NCBI GenBank assembly: GCA_963727775.1
Contig: CAVSHB010000003.1
Span: 1 to 64,000 of the forward strand
Source of the DNA: an uncultured Nitrospiraceae bacterium
Lineage (GTDB): Bacteria; Nitrospirota; Thermodesulfovibrionia; Thermodesulfovibrionales; SM23-35
DNA: 64,000 nucleotides
Reading direction: 5' to 3'
The position numbers were made by a program, and so were the translations under genes. Shown here piece after piece: positions 9,445 through 19,164 of the stretch. Position 1 is the stretch's first letter, and each line of letters starts with the position of its first letter. A model generated the notes under the pieces. It was not told where the DNA came from, did not search any database, and saw only the letters and a list, made by a program, of their open reading frames with translations.

Positions 9445-11049
9445 TTATTCACCCTCCATTCCCGGGAGCGTATCGCCGCGCAGATTAGTGGTTCTCTTCT
9501 TCTCTCCTTTACAAACCAGGGCATTCCCGACCATCTCGTGAATACCGGTGACCCGGACTCCAGGCACCCAGTAATCCATTGAGGTAACAAGGGCAGCCCT
9601 GTCAATCGCGCAGATGCAGGCCAGCATATTTACGCCATATTTCTGCTGAACATGTTTTACGGCATTTGCCCTGGGAAATCCTCCCCTTAACCTAGTTTCC
9701 ATATTCTCTGAGGCATTCAGACCGGATCCGCTTCCGCAGCAAAAGGTCTGTTCCCTTATTGTGTTTTCAGGCATTTCATGGAAATTCTTGCAAACAGAAT
9801 TTATTATATACCTCGGTTCTTCCAATAATCCCATGCCTCTTGCGGTGTTACACGAGTCATGATAGGTTACTATTAAGTCATCATTTCTGCTTGGATCGAG
9901 ATTCAATTTATTATGTTTGATTAAATCCGATGTGAATTCACAGATATGGACGGTCTTGTTTGATTTTGTGTTTTCGAATTTTGTGCCTGTTATTGGAGAG
10001 ACCGGTTCTTCAAGAAAATCCACAGGACCAAACCACGTATTGTGGTACTGGTGCCAAACCCTCCACATATGGCCGCATTCTCCGCCCATTATCCACTTGA
10101 CCTTCAGCCTCTTTGCCTCTTCGTAGATTTTGTTATGAAGTCTCTTTGCCATCTCATTCGATGTGAAGAAACCAAAGTCTCCACCCTCTGAGGCAAAAGT
10201 GCTCCATGTGTAGTCAAGCCCAAGCTCATGGAAAAGCAGAAGCTCGCCCATAGTTGTATAAGTGCCGGGATCGGCAAAAAAGTCTCCCGAAGGCACAATG
10301 AAAAGGATCTCAGCTCCTTTTCTGTTGAACGTCGGATTGACCTTGATCCCCGTGTATGTTTCGATATCGTCGATGAACATATCGAATGTATCTCTTATTG
10401 TATGGGGCTGGAGTCCGAGATGGTTGCCCGTCTTCCAGCAAGCTGCAACAGGTCCTGCTATCCAGTCTATGTTTAAACCTAACAGATTAAGAAGTTCCCT
10501 TGCCAATATAGTGATTTCAGCAGTATCAATTCCATATGGGCAGAACACTGAGCAACGACGGCATTCGGTGCACTGGTATGCATAGTACCAGATCTCTTTC
10601 AGCACATCGACCGTAAGCTCTCTTGCCCCGGCTATCTTACCCATAATCTTTCCAGATGTAGTGCAGTACTTTCTGTAAACAGATCTTAAAAGCTCTGCCC
10701 TGAGAACAGGCATATTTTTGGGATCTCCGCCGCCGATATAAAAGTGGCACTTATCTGCACAGGCGCCGCATCGCACACAAATATCCAGGAAGAGCCGAAA
10801 AGAACGGTATTTGCTGACTCTTTCACGCAAGCCTTCAATGAATATCTCTTGCCAGTTTTCGGGAAGTTTCCAGTCCTCATCCTTTACGGACCATTGCCTC
10901 GGATTCGGGAAGCTGACGGTTTCAAGGGATTTTTGCTTGCAGGCATTAGGAAATATGCCCGGCTTAAAGACAGTCGGGGTATCCATCCACCCCGTTTTGG
11001 GAGGTTTGTAATCTATACTCGCGAGTTCTTCTGGTTTTGGATTTGCCAT
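9445..11049 (-). CDS. dsrK: DsrK (HdrD-like, CCG domain)
   Basis: CVRCGACADKC, CTECRRCSVFCP, GECGH, YHDSC, FCCGSG. Confidence 0.95.
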   Translation of the reverse strand: MANPKPEELASIDYKPPKTGWMDTPTVFKPGIFPNACKQKSLETVSFPNPRQWSVKDEDWKLPENWQEIFIEGLRERVSKYRSFRLFLDICVRCGACADKCHFYIGGGDPKNMPVLRAELLRSVYRKYCTTSGKIMGKIAGARELTVDVLKEIWYYAYQCTECRRCSVFCPYGIDTAEITILARELLNLLGLNIDWIAGPVAACWKTGNHLGLQPHTIRDTFDMFIDDIETYTGIKVNPTFNRKGAEILFIVPSGDFFADPGTYTTMGELLLFHELGLDYTWSTFASEGGDFGFFTSNEMAKRLHNKIYEEAKRLKVKWIMGGECGHMWRVWHQYHNTWFGPVDFLEEPVSPITGTKFENTKSNKTVHICEFTSDLIKHNKLNLDPSRNDDLIVTYHDSCNTARGMGLLEEPRYIINSVCKNFHEMPENTIREQTFCCGSGSGLNASENMETRLRGGFPRANAVKHVQQKYGVNMLACICAIDRAALVTSMDYWVPGVRVTGIHEMVGNALVCKGEKKRTTNLRGDTLPGMEGE

Positions 11050-11051
11050 AT

Positions 11052-12044
11052 CTACTCCTTTTCTACCGGTAATCCAGCTGCTTTCATTTTTTCTCTAAAA
11101 TCATCTTCATATTCTTCATATGTATGAACCTTTACCGGATAATTCCATGGATTAACATGCATTACTGCACGGTTGTTATTCGCCATATTTCTTGTCGGAC
11201 TCAGGAAGACTCCTGCCATATGCATTAGTTTGCTCAGCGGGAAGTAAGCAAAGAGAGCGCTGACGAGGAACAGATGAATATAAAAAATGGTCCCTACAGT
11301 TTTCGGAATTACCGGGCTAAAAGTTATCAGTCCCATTGTCAGTTCCTTTATTCCCACAACATCAGTTTTTAAGAAATAGCGCATTAAGACACCGGAAGAA
11401 CCGATCGCGCCTATGAGGAACAAAGGAAAGTAGTCCGCAGCGAGTGAGATATAACGTAACTGCGGGATAATGACTCTTCTTAAGAAGAGGAATGTTACCG
11501 CGCCAAGGAATATCAGATCAGTAAGGTACAGCACCGGTGCGCCGACCTGGAAAAATCCATCGAGCGCTTCTATTATGTGTATCGGCACTGGGATTGGTTC
11601 TAAAAACAAACGCATGTGCCTTAGGAGAATTATGAGAAAAGTCCAGTGAAATGCCAATCCGCCTAACCAAAGCCATTTAGTCGAGCCATACGAAAGTTTT
11701 GGTCCTTCCCTTAACTCGGCCTTTGTATTTCTGAAAAGGGACCGAAAAAGAAGCACTTCAAATGCCATCCTGATGATAACGCCGAGGGATGAAGAGGGGT
11801 TATCGATTTTATTTTGCTTTATCCACGGGAAAGATTTCTCTTGTCCTGCTGTTGTGGGTATGCGGAATGGGACAGGCACTTTCCCCCATTGTACAACACG
11901 ATAAATGATTCCTATGATAAACGCGAGGAAGGCCGCATAGGGTATTGCGACGCCGAATAAGTACTGCAGACTTGCTGCCTTCACTCCAATTAAAACGATC
12001 AAAACAAGAGCTACAACCGTGAAAAAGGAAAATATAAGTCCCAT
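11052..12044 (-). CDS. dsrM: DsrM (NarI-like cytochrome b)
   Basis: PFRIPTT, FRSLFRNT, KLMHMAGVFLSPTRN. Confidence 0.95.
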   Translation of the reverse strand: MGLIFSFFTVVALVLIVLIGVKAASLQYLFGVAIPYAAFLAFIIGIIYRVVQWGKVPVPFRIPTTAGQEKSFPWIKQNKIDNPSSSLGVIIRMAFEVLLFRSLFRNTKAELREGPKLSYGSTKWLWLGGLAFHWTFLIILLRHMRLFLEPIPVPIHIIEALDGFFQVGAPVLYLTDLIFLGAVTFLFLRRVIIPQLRYISLAADYFPLFLIGAIGSSGVLMRYFLKTDVVGIKELTMGLITFSPVIPKTVGTIFYIHLFLVSALFAYFPLSKLMHMAGVFLSPTRNMANNNRAVMHVNPWNYPVKVHTYEEYEDDFREKMKAAGLPVEKE

Positions 12045-12047
12045 TTC

Positions 12048-12611
12048 TTACCCCTTTATGTTTTGAGTTAATACTGTGTCTGATGCGAGGTCCGGTTCCT
12101 GATCCTGGATCTCACATATGAGATTCGCCTTCTGCAACAGTCTGAAAGTCATCCTTCTCACTTCATCTGCCTTAATCTCATAAATCCTCTCCCGGCATTT
12201 CATATAAATCTCAAAAGAGATAAGGGCCATATTATCTATCTTTGCCTCAAGCACCGCGAGTTCTTCGGGAAATTGATTTTCCTTCATTTCCCTCCCAATC
12301 TCGTCCCGGATCACTTTCTTTAAAAGGAAGATGAAAGAAAGCGCTTGTGATGGAGAAAATTCCTGAACCGCCTTTACTCTGATCATATCGTCGAGGAACG
12401 GAAAGATTTTATCGGGATCCAGACCTTCAGCAAGCTCATCGATGATTCCGTTGACTCCCTCTGAGATTACATATCCGACGGGATTTGCAAAACGGTTTTT
12501 TTGGTTTTTTAAAAAATTTAAACTGTCGGATGGATAACTCTCGATTATTTTATTGAACCACCTTTTTAAGATGGATGATTTTCTTTCTATAAGGAAATCC
12601 TTAAGTTTCAT
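12048..12611 (-). CDS. dsrT: DsrT (RsbRD N-terminal domain protein)
   Basis: RFANPVG, IRVKAVQEFSPSQA, YMKCRE, directly upstream of dsrM. Confidence 0.88.
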   Translation of the reverse strand: MKLKDFLIERKSSILKRWFNKIIESYPSDSLNFLKNQKNRFANPVGYVISEGVNGIIDELAEGLDPDKIFPFLDDMIRVKAVQEFSPSQALSFIFLLKKVIRDEIGREMKENQFPEELAVLEAKIDNMALISFEIYMKCRERIYEIKADEVRRMTFRLLQKANLICEIQDQEPDLASDTVLTQNIKG

Positions 12612-12726
12612 ATGCCGTCAACGGGTTTCTCATGTGGCCAAAGTAAAAGATTATAACCGGTAAAAAATATTTCGTCAATATACAACTGAACTACCCTGAA
12701 TTCACTACATAAACTAAAATCAAAAA

Positions 12727-12778
12727 ATGAAGAGCAAGAAGTGAGAAGCAATTATACTTCCGACTTCTTGCTTTTCAT
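12727..12778 (-). terminator. Hairpin downstream of dsrC
   Basis: AGCAAGAAGT...ACTTCTTGCT inverted repeat with a T-run on the minus strand. Confidence 0.5.
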
Positions 12779-12792
12779 GAACCATAAATTAA

Positions 12793-13128
12793 CTATACGC
12801 AACCTGTCGGTTTTGGAAGTCCGGCATATCTACATGCCTGTTTTGCAGGTCCACCTGGGAACAGCTCGTATAAATATTTTGTATTACCCTTCTCAGGACC
12901 TAGTGCCTTACCGAGTTCTTTGACCAGAATTTTTATCATAGGAGCAATCTGGAACTTTATGAAGTATTCCCTAAGGAATTTAATAATCTCCCAATGCTCC
13001 GCCCCAAGTGTAACACTGTCCTGCGATGCCATTATCTGTGCCATCCCCTCCTGCCAAGTCTGCCAGTCAACAAGATAACCATCTTCATCGACCTCATACT
13101 GTTTACCTTCAAAATCAATAAACGGCAT
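12793..13128 (-). CDS. dsrC: DsrC
   Basis: C-terminal LFPGGPAKQACRYAGLPKPTGCV with both conserved Cys (CX10C). Confidence 0.96.
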   Translation of the reverse strand: MPFIDFEGKQYEVDEDGYLVDWQTWQEGMAQIMASQDSVTLGAEHWEIIKFLREYFIKFQIAPMIKILVKELGKALGPEKGNTKYLYELFPGGPAKQACRYAGLPKPTGCV

Positions 13129-13309
13129 TTTCTCTTCCTCCTTTTTCTATTTAAAATTAATTTTTGATAGAAGACCTCTCCCATCAATCCAAGCCGCTGT
13201 ATACTACCACACAAATACTTTATCTTTCAATCAACCTCTGATAGATTATTTCGAAAGGGTTATAGAAATTAATACAAAGGCATTGATATGGTCAAATAAA
13301 AAAAATTAA

Positions 13310-14701
13310 TCAGCAGATAAGTTTTTTTTCTTTGTATTTTACTGCAGAAATAATAAAGCCGGTCACCCACTCTCCGGCGCCAAGCGCATGCAGATGAGAA
13401 TAGGTTGCAAGGACGTTTTTGTAGCATAAACCGTCCTTTTTATTCATTATCCCTTCTCCCTTCTTCATTTTAAAAGCAAAATAGACCCCGTCTTTTTCGG
13501 ACATGGCAAGGACATGAGAATAATGAAATTCATGCCCATGCAGAACCTGCCCGGTTTTGTAATAAGGATTAGGTGTTTCCGCCTCTATAACCGTGTAGCC
13601 ATGTCCCTGCGGTTTTTTACTCACCCCGACTGAAATAGGCAAGATACCCACCATGGGATAGCTCTTTCCCTCCCAAAACAATTCTTCACCAAGAAACATT
13701 AAACCGCCGCATTCAGCATAAATCGGAAATCCTTTTTCTGCAGCTTCTTTAATTGCCTTCCTTAATGTTTCATTAGCAGATATTAATGCAGCATGGGTTT
13801 CCGGGAAACCGCCTCCGATATAAAGGGCATCAAGTGAACGCGGCAGATCATCGGTTAAAGCACTGAACTCGATTAACCTCGCGCCGGCTCTCTGTAAAGC
13901 ATCTAAATTTTCCGGATAATAGAACTGGAAAGCTGAGTCATGAATAACGCCAATGGTTATTCCCTTGCCGGCAATCTCCGGCTCCTCTTCGAAACGAAAA
14001 TCCAGAGATGGAGCAGCCGAAGAAATCTTCCACAATGATTCAAGATCCAGGTGCTTCTCAACCACTTGAGCAGCCGTTTCTATCGCCTGCTCGCCTGAAG
14101 GGTGTTCCTGAGGCGGCACCAAGCCAAGATGCCTCCCGGGAAAAGTGATGTCTCTTAGTTTCGGTATCGCCCCCACCACAGGAATACCGCAATATCTTTC
14201 TATACTCCGACGGATAATGGACTCATGCCGTGACGTCGCAAGTTTATTGAGTATCACACCTCTAATCGGCACTTCCCTGTCAAAGCTCTGGCATCCGAGC
14301 ACAAGGGCTGCCACAGTTCGCGTAACCTTAGTACAATCGACAATGAGGATGACCGGAGACTTTAAGAGTTTGGCTATCTCGGCAGTACTCACGCTTCCCT
14401 CCGGATCCATGCCGTCATAGATACCCCGGTTGCCCTCAATGACGGCAATGTCTGCTTTTCCGGCATTTAGGCCAAAAGAATAAAGAGACTGCTCCCTGTT
14501 CATCAGGAAGAGATCTAAATTATAACAGGGGCGTCGGGCCGCGCGGCTTAACCATCCCATGTCGATATAATCCGGTCCCTTTTTAAAGGGAACAACACTA
14601 TGTCCCCGTTTCTGCCAGGCCCGGCAAAGACCGACACTGACCGCGGTCTTCCCGGTATCTCCGCCGAGACCCGCAATAGTAAGCCTCGGACAACGGATCA
14701 T
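13310..14701 (-). CDS. dsrN: DsrN (CbiA/CobB-family siroheme amidase)
   Basis: GKT, FKKGPDYID, AECGG, GHEFHYS, inside the dsr cluster. Confidence 0.85.
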   Translation of the reverse strand: MIRCPRLTIAGLGGDTGKTAVSVGLCRAWQKRGHSVVPFKKGPDYIDMGWLSRAARRPCYNLDLFLMNREQSLYSFGLNAGKADIAVIEGNRGIYDGMDPEGSVSTAEIAKLLKSPVILIVDCTKVTRTVAALVLGCQSFDREVPIRGVILNKLATSRHESIIRRSIERYCGIPVVGAIPKLRDITFPGRHLGLVPPQEHPSGEQAIETAAQVVEKHLDLESLWKISSAAPSLDFRFEEEPEIAGKGITIGVIHDSAFQFYYPENLDALQRAGARLIEFSALTDDLPRSLDALYIGGGFPETHAALISANETLRKAIKEAAEKGFPIYAECGGLMFLGEELFWEGKSYPMVGILPISVGVSKKPQGHGYTVIEAETPNPYYKTGQVLHGHEFHYSHVLAMSEKDGVYFAFKMKKGEGIMNKKDGLCYKNVLATYSHLHALGAGEWVTGFIISAVKYKEKKLIC

Positions 14702-14934
14702 CTTTTTGGGCCGGGGATCTCAAAGGAAGTGCAAGTACCGCTTCCACAACTCTTGGCCGTACCCTTGGCCTTGCCTCCTACCGAGGTTGCTACGTTTATG
14801 GTGCTTAAGATTTTTTCCGTTTCGGGAGAACCACATTTCGGACATTTCATCTCCAGTCCGTCTTCCTCTTTCCTGAGTTTCAGGAGCTCAAAGACATATC
14901 CGCAGCCCAGGCAACGAAATTCATAGATAGGCAT
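14698..14934 (-). CDS. FmdB-family zinc-ribbon protein
   Basis: MPIYEFRCxxCG...CPKCGS, overlaps the dsrN start. Confidence 0.85.
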   Translation of the reverse strand: MPIYEFRCLGCGYVFELLKLRKEEDGLEMKCPKCGSPETEKILSTINVATSVGGKAKGTAKSCGSGTCTSFEIPGPKR

Positions 14935-15146
14935 AAAAACTCCTTTCAGCGTTATTTCGAACTAAGAACTCTGCTTCAGATCAGTTGAAACAGCATAACA
15001 GATGAATACGACACCTTGTTTTTTACATTAAATATGCCGTCGGAAAAAAGTCAAGAATGGTTCAAGCAGCCAATGGCATCAAATAATAATTATTCCTCTA
15101 AAGAGTTCCTTAAGGCTATAATAAATAAATCAGGTTAAGGAGAAAA

Positions 15147-16226
15147 ATGATAGCTTCACGCGAAGAGCCGCGGTGCCCCTTTTGTTACAATAAGATCGAT
15201 CAGCCTAAGGAATTGCAAGAAAGGAAAATGGTCCAATTTCCCGTCGGCTCTTGCGGCCATTGCGGTGTTGTCTATGCTTATGACGCAACGGGGCATGATA
15301 TGGGATCTGCGTTTATCGAGGCCTTACTCTTTGCTTGCAATAATGATTCCGACCTGGCATTTTCCCTTTCTTACGGGGAAGACTATAGCGACGCGGTTAT
15401 CGGGAATTATGATATCGTAACGCATAGCATAGTCCCTGAGAAAATTTATAACGACCGGTTCGTGAGAGGTGTTCTCCTTTTTGTGAAACTCGTCGATCAA
15501 TTCAGAGAAGTAAACGGGCAAAAGATGAAAGAAAAAATGAAAGCCTCGCTGCCCATCTCGAAGGAAAAGTTGCGGTCTGAGAAATTCTCAAAGGAACTGG
15601 TACGCCACTATATATCTGAGAACAGGCTTGAAGATCTTATCGCCCTCGCTATGGAAGATTCGCGGGTGATACATGAGCTACAGCGTATGCTTTACACTCC
15701 AGATGAAGAAACGAGATGGAACATCATATATATCTTGGGCAAGGTATGCGAGAGGGTCGGGGAGGTCCGGCCTGACCTTGTGAGCAAGTTGCTGGGCAAC
15801 TTGTTACAGAGTGCCGCCTACCCAGGGTCTGCCGCATGGGGAGCCATCGAGGCGGTCGGCGCAATTATAGCCACTAATCCGGACCTGTTCGGAGATTTCT
15901 GTATGACATTGCTGCCTTTCGGCACTCAGACGAGCTTGCAAAAGGAGGTGACCTGGGCCGTTGGAACGATCGCCGCGGTAAAACCGGGGATCGTCAGAAG
16001 GGCGACTCAAACTATCCGTTCATTCCTTGGTAGCAGCGATCCGGTTTTGCGTGGTTACGCCTCATGGGCACTTGGTAATCTGGGGGTTAAAGATGCGGTG
16101 GAAGCGCTGGAAAAACTTGGGATGGATGAGGGGAAGCTTTTTTTGTTTAGAGATTCCCGCTTGGAGAAGACTACGGTCTCCCGGTTGTCAAAAGAGGCAA
16201 TAGAGAAACTCGCTAAATCCAAATAA
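15147..16226 (+). CDS. HEAT-repeat (DVU0298-like) protein with N-terminal CxxC pairs
   Basis: CPFC...CGHC, then WGAIEAVGAI and LRGYASWALG repeats. Confidence 0.7.
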   Translation: MIASREEPRCPFCYNKIDQPKELQERKMVQFPVGSCGHCGVVYAYDATGHDMGSAFIEALLFACNNDSDLAFSLSYGEDYSDAVIGNYDIVTHSIVPEKIYNDRFVRGVLLFVKLVDQFREVNGQKMKEKMKASLPISKEKLRSEKFSKELVRHYISENRLEDLIALAMEDSRVIHELQRMLYTPDEETRWNIIYILGKVCERVGEVRPDLVSKLLGNLLQSAAYPGSAAWGAIEAVGAIIATNPDLFGDFCMTLLPFGTQTSLQKEVTWAVGTIAAVKPGIVRRATQTIRSFLGSSDPVLRGYASWALGNLGVKDAVEALEKLGMDEGKLFLFRDSRLEKTTVSRLSKEAIEKLAKSK

Positions 16227-17347
16227 TGCGTTCACCTTTGGTAAAATTCCTTGTATCTTCTCCTTACGGCGATGTTCCTGTGGATACGGACAAACTGCAC
16301 CTACCGTTAGAATGCGACCGCTTAAGAACCCCATATAAAGTCTATTTTCAATCGATCTCTGACTTTCTTGAGAAAGACGAGTTCGGGCCGGTTCTCAGGG
16401 CTGCAGCTGAAAAATGCGGGAGGGAGGTCCGGCTGAACGATGTAAGTGAGATCGTTGTTCGTACTGAAAAACACGGCACATTATACCATCCGGCCAGCCT
16501 CGAACTTATACTCAAAGGAATGGAGATAAAATTCGCTTTGAACGTTGCCTTCTCCGATACGGGTAGGACATGGCTAAAAAAAGAGTTCTCTGTCGTCGGC
16601 AGGATAAATGCAAAATTCGGACTGCCTTATCTGCCGAAGGTTTATTCCTTCGCTGAACAAAATTCTGTATCCTTCCTTCTTGAGGAGTGGTTCGAGGGAT
16701 ACCACGAGTTTCACCTCTCCCTGACTGAGGGTGGGAAACAACACATTAAGCTTTGGGAGTATGGTAAAGGCTATATAGACTTATCTTCCGAACAGAGTTT
16801 CGAGATTTACAGGCAGGCCTCGAAGATATTAACGCTTTATTATGGCGTAGATGATTTTTCGCAGATTTACCCCTGGCACCATGCCGCAGGAGATTTTGTA
16901 GCAAAAGTACAAGACGATGCGGTCGACCTGCGCCTCACCACGGCAAGACAGTATGAACCATATATGGTTTTTCAGGAAAACGAGGGATTAAATCCCGTTC
17001 TTGCCCTGTTCTTTTTCCTATTAAACCTCTCTCTGAAAATGCGTCTGGATAAATTGGACGGCGTGGGCGATACTGCATGGGCAGAGGATTTCTGTGTTGA
17101 TGCTACCTTAAAAGGATTCTATGAAGCGCTGAGAATAAGGAATGAAAAGAATGATCTGAAAAATTATTTCGATTCAGAGGTGGAGTTTTTCAACTTGCTG
17201 AAATCGTTCGGAACGGAAGACTTGAAGGCCGCTTATCATTCTTTAATCGACCTTTATGCCGGAACTGCGGACTATCCCGTGATTATCGCGAATTTAGACA
17301 GGCACATAGAAGCGCTGGACGCTACTCTTCAAGATTCCCCTTTATAA
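16226..17347 (+). CDS. Hypothetical protein, possibly kinase-like fold
   Basis: 373 aa, coupled to the previous gene (TAATG), motifs EKHGxxYHP and WHHAAGDFV. Confidence 0.7.
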   Translation: MRSPLVKFLVSSPYGDVPVDTDKLHLPLECDRLRTPYKVYFQSISDFLEKDEFGPVLRAAAEKCGREVRLNDVSEIVVRTEKHGTLYHPASLELILKGMEIKFALNVAFSDTGRTWLKKEFSVVGRINAKFGLPYLPKVYSFAEQNSVSFLLEEWFEGYHEFHLSLTEGGKQHIKLWEYGKGYIDLSSEQSFEIYRQASKILTLYYGVDDFSQIYPWHHAAGDFVAKVQDDAVDLRLTTARQYEPYMVFQENEGLNPVLALFFFLLNLSLKMRLDKLDGVGDTAWAEDFCVDATLKGFYEALRIRNEKNDLKNYFDSEVEFFNLLKSFGTEDLKAAYHSLIDLYAGTADYPVIIANLDRHIEALDATLQDSPL

Positions 17348-17969
17348 TTTCTTCAAAGGGCATTCTCAATATCCTTGCCAGCGGCAGCATAAGGTTTGCC
17401 TTTGCCGCAGGGTTCAGGTACCCAGCCTCGGTCATCATATCCGTTGACAGTTTGACCAGTTGTTGATATATGTTGTCAAGTTTTACGGCAGGATAAGAAG
17501 CCTTTTCCTCAAAATTCGAAATGCCGCAGACATAGGATAACTCCTTTTTACCTTTTCTTAGGGTGTACGGTACACCGTACACACGGCAGATAATAGGCCG
17601 GTTTTCATAGAGAACGCATTCCTCCGAGTCCTGAAGGAGGGGACATCTCACCCTCTGCTTCCCCAAACCAAAGACCTTCATCTTGGGGTCTTCTTCAAAA
17701 ACCTTTAACCTGTCTTTTGCCTTAAGCATCTCCGCTTCCGCTTTTTCGGAACGACGGAGAGCATCTCTCCTTGCTTTTCTCTCAAGACGGTTAAAATGAT
17801 AATTGATATGCGCCGCCTCTATCGGGAAGACACCGAAAATAGCATGGCAGCAGTCACAACACCGCGCCCTGCACTTCACGCTCGCAGGATATTTTTCCTG
17901 GATGGTTTTGAAAAGGATATCTGACTTCCGGGCGATCTCGGCATACTGTAAAAAAAGGTTCTCGATCAT
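17322..17969 (-). CDS. YkgJ-family cysteine-cluster protein
   Basis: CRARCCDCC...CPLL...CVLYENRPIICRVYG. Confidence 0.88.
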   Translation of the reverse strand: MIENLFLQYAEIARKSDILFKTIQEKYPASVKCRARCCDCCHAIFGVFPIEAAHINYHFNRLERKARRDALRRSEKAEAEMLKAKDRLKVFEEDPKMKVFGLGKQRVRCPLLQDSEECVLYENRPIICRVYGVPYTLRKGKKELSYVCGISNFEEKASYPAVKLDNIYQQLVKLSTDMMTEAGYLNPAAKANLMLPLARILRMPFEEIIKGNLEE

Positions 17970-17986
17970 TTTTTATCTGTTTCCGG

Positions 17987-18667
17987 CTACTTCCGGACTT
18001 TCGATATTGCCTTCGTTTTCGTCACTGCGCTCTTTTTCTCAGTCTTTCTACGGTAGGATTCCAACAGCTTCAGAAATTCGGGGTGAACTTCAAATCCCAA
18101 TTCTATAGCCTTGTCGCAATATTTTACGGCCTCATCAAATTCGTCTTTCATGAAATAGGCATTGGCCAGATTATTGTATCCCAATGCAAAATCGGGAGCA
18201 ATTTTCAGCATCCTCTCGTTAGTCTCGATGCTTTGTTCGATATCGCCTTTCTGCAAATACGCGTTCGCAAGGTTGCACCAGGCTTGAATGATGTCTGGAT
18301 TTAACTCTAAGGCCTTGTCCAGGGCTTCAATAGCTTCGTCCGTCTTGCCCATCTGGAGGTAAGCAAACCCAAGATTAGCATATCCTCTTGCGTATCTCGG
18401 TTCTAATTCGACGGCTCTCTTGTTCGCTTTGACTACCTTGTCAAGATCCCCATCCTTGAAATAGATGTATCCCAGATTTACAAAGGCCTCAAACATCCTA
18501 ACGCCCTGAACGATTGACTCTTCAAACGCATCAATGGCTTCATCGAACTTCCCCTGCTGCATTAGGGCCACTCCCAGGTTATAAAGGGATGCAGCACAAT
18601 CCGGTTTTTCTATTAACCGCAACTTTTGCTCGTTAATAAATCTTTCTATGTCTTTTGGCTCTTCCAT
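17987..18667 (-). CDS. Tetratricopeptide-repeat protein
   Basis: About five TPRs (YNLG, VNLG, ANLG, CNLA, NNLA). Confidence 0.9.
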   Translation of the reverse strand: MEEPKDIERFINEQKLRLIEKPDCAASLYNLGVALMQQGKFDEAIDAFEESIVQGVRMFEAFVNLGYIYFKDGDLDKVVKANKRAVELEPRYARGYANLGFAYLQMGKTDEAIEALDKALELNPDIIQAWCNLANAYLQKGDIEQSIETNERMLKIAPDFALGYNNLANAYFMKDEFDEAVKYCDKAIELGFEVHPEFLKLLESYRRKTEKKSAVTKTKAISKVRK

Positions 18668-18805
18668 AAGGTGTTTAGTTTAACATTTACATTGTACGAG
18701 GGTAAAGGCCAGCCGGTATTTCTGAGCAGCCTTGAACAACATCCGAAAACTGATTTTCCATTATATTGAATGAATAAATTAGTCCTGCGAGATAATATAA
18801 AAATT

Positions 18806-18838
18806 ATAGGGCTGGCCGGCTTTGCCGGCCAGCCCTAT
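18806..18838 (-). terminator. Hairpin after dsrD
   Basis: Perfect 15-bp stem ATAGGGCTGGCCGGC-TTT-GCCGGCCAGCCCTAT. Confidence 0.75.
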
Positions 18839-18884
18839 TTCACATACTTGACAGAATCAGCTTTTCAGGAAAAAAGGCGCTTAA

Positions 18885-19142
18885 TTAACCGCCTTCGTCA
18901 CCTGATTTTTCAACAGATATGCCTCTTCCTTTTAGTCCGTACATGGTAGAGCTGCCGGTTGATAACAACTCCAATACCTCTTCTCTCACCATTTCGGATG
19001 CTACGCTCTTAATCTCTGAGGCACCGGCGTCAGGAATAGTCTTCTTCACACCGATCATCATATCTTTGAAATAGAATTTGCTTTTGGCGCCTTTTGAAGC
19101 ATAATCAACAATAGCCTGTCTTATGTCTTCTGGTCTTCCCAT
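18885..19142 (-). CDS. dsrD: DsrD
   Basis: KSKFYFKD and STGSSTMYGLKG, immediately after dsrB. Confidence 0.92.
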   Translation of the reverse strand: MGRPEDIRQAIVDYASKGAKSKFYFKDMMIGVKKTIPDAGASEIKSVASEMVREEVLELLSTGSSTMYGLKGRGISVEKSGDEGG

Positions 19143-19164
19143 CGTTTTCCGCTCCTTTTAATTC

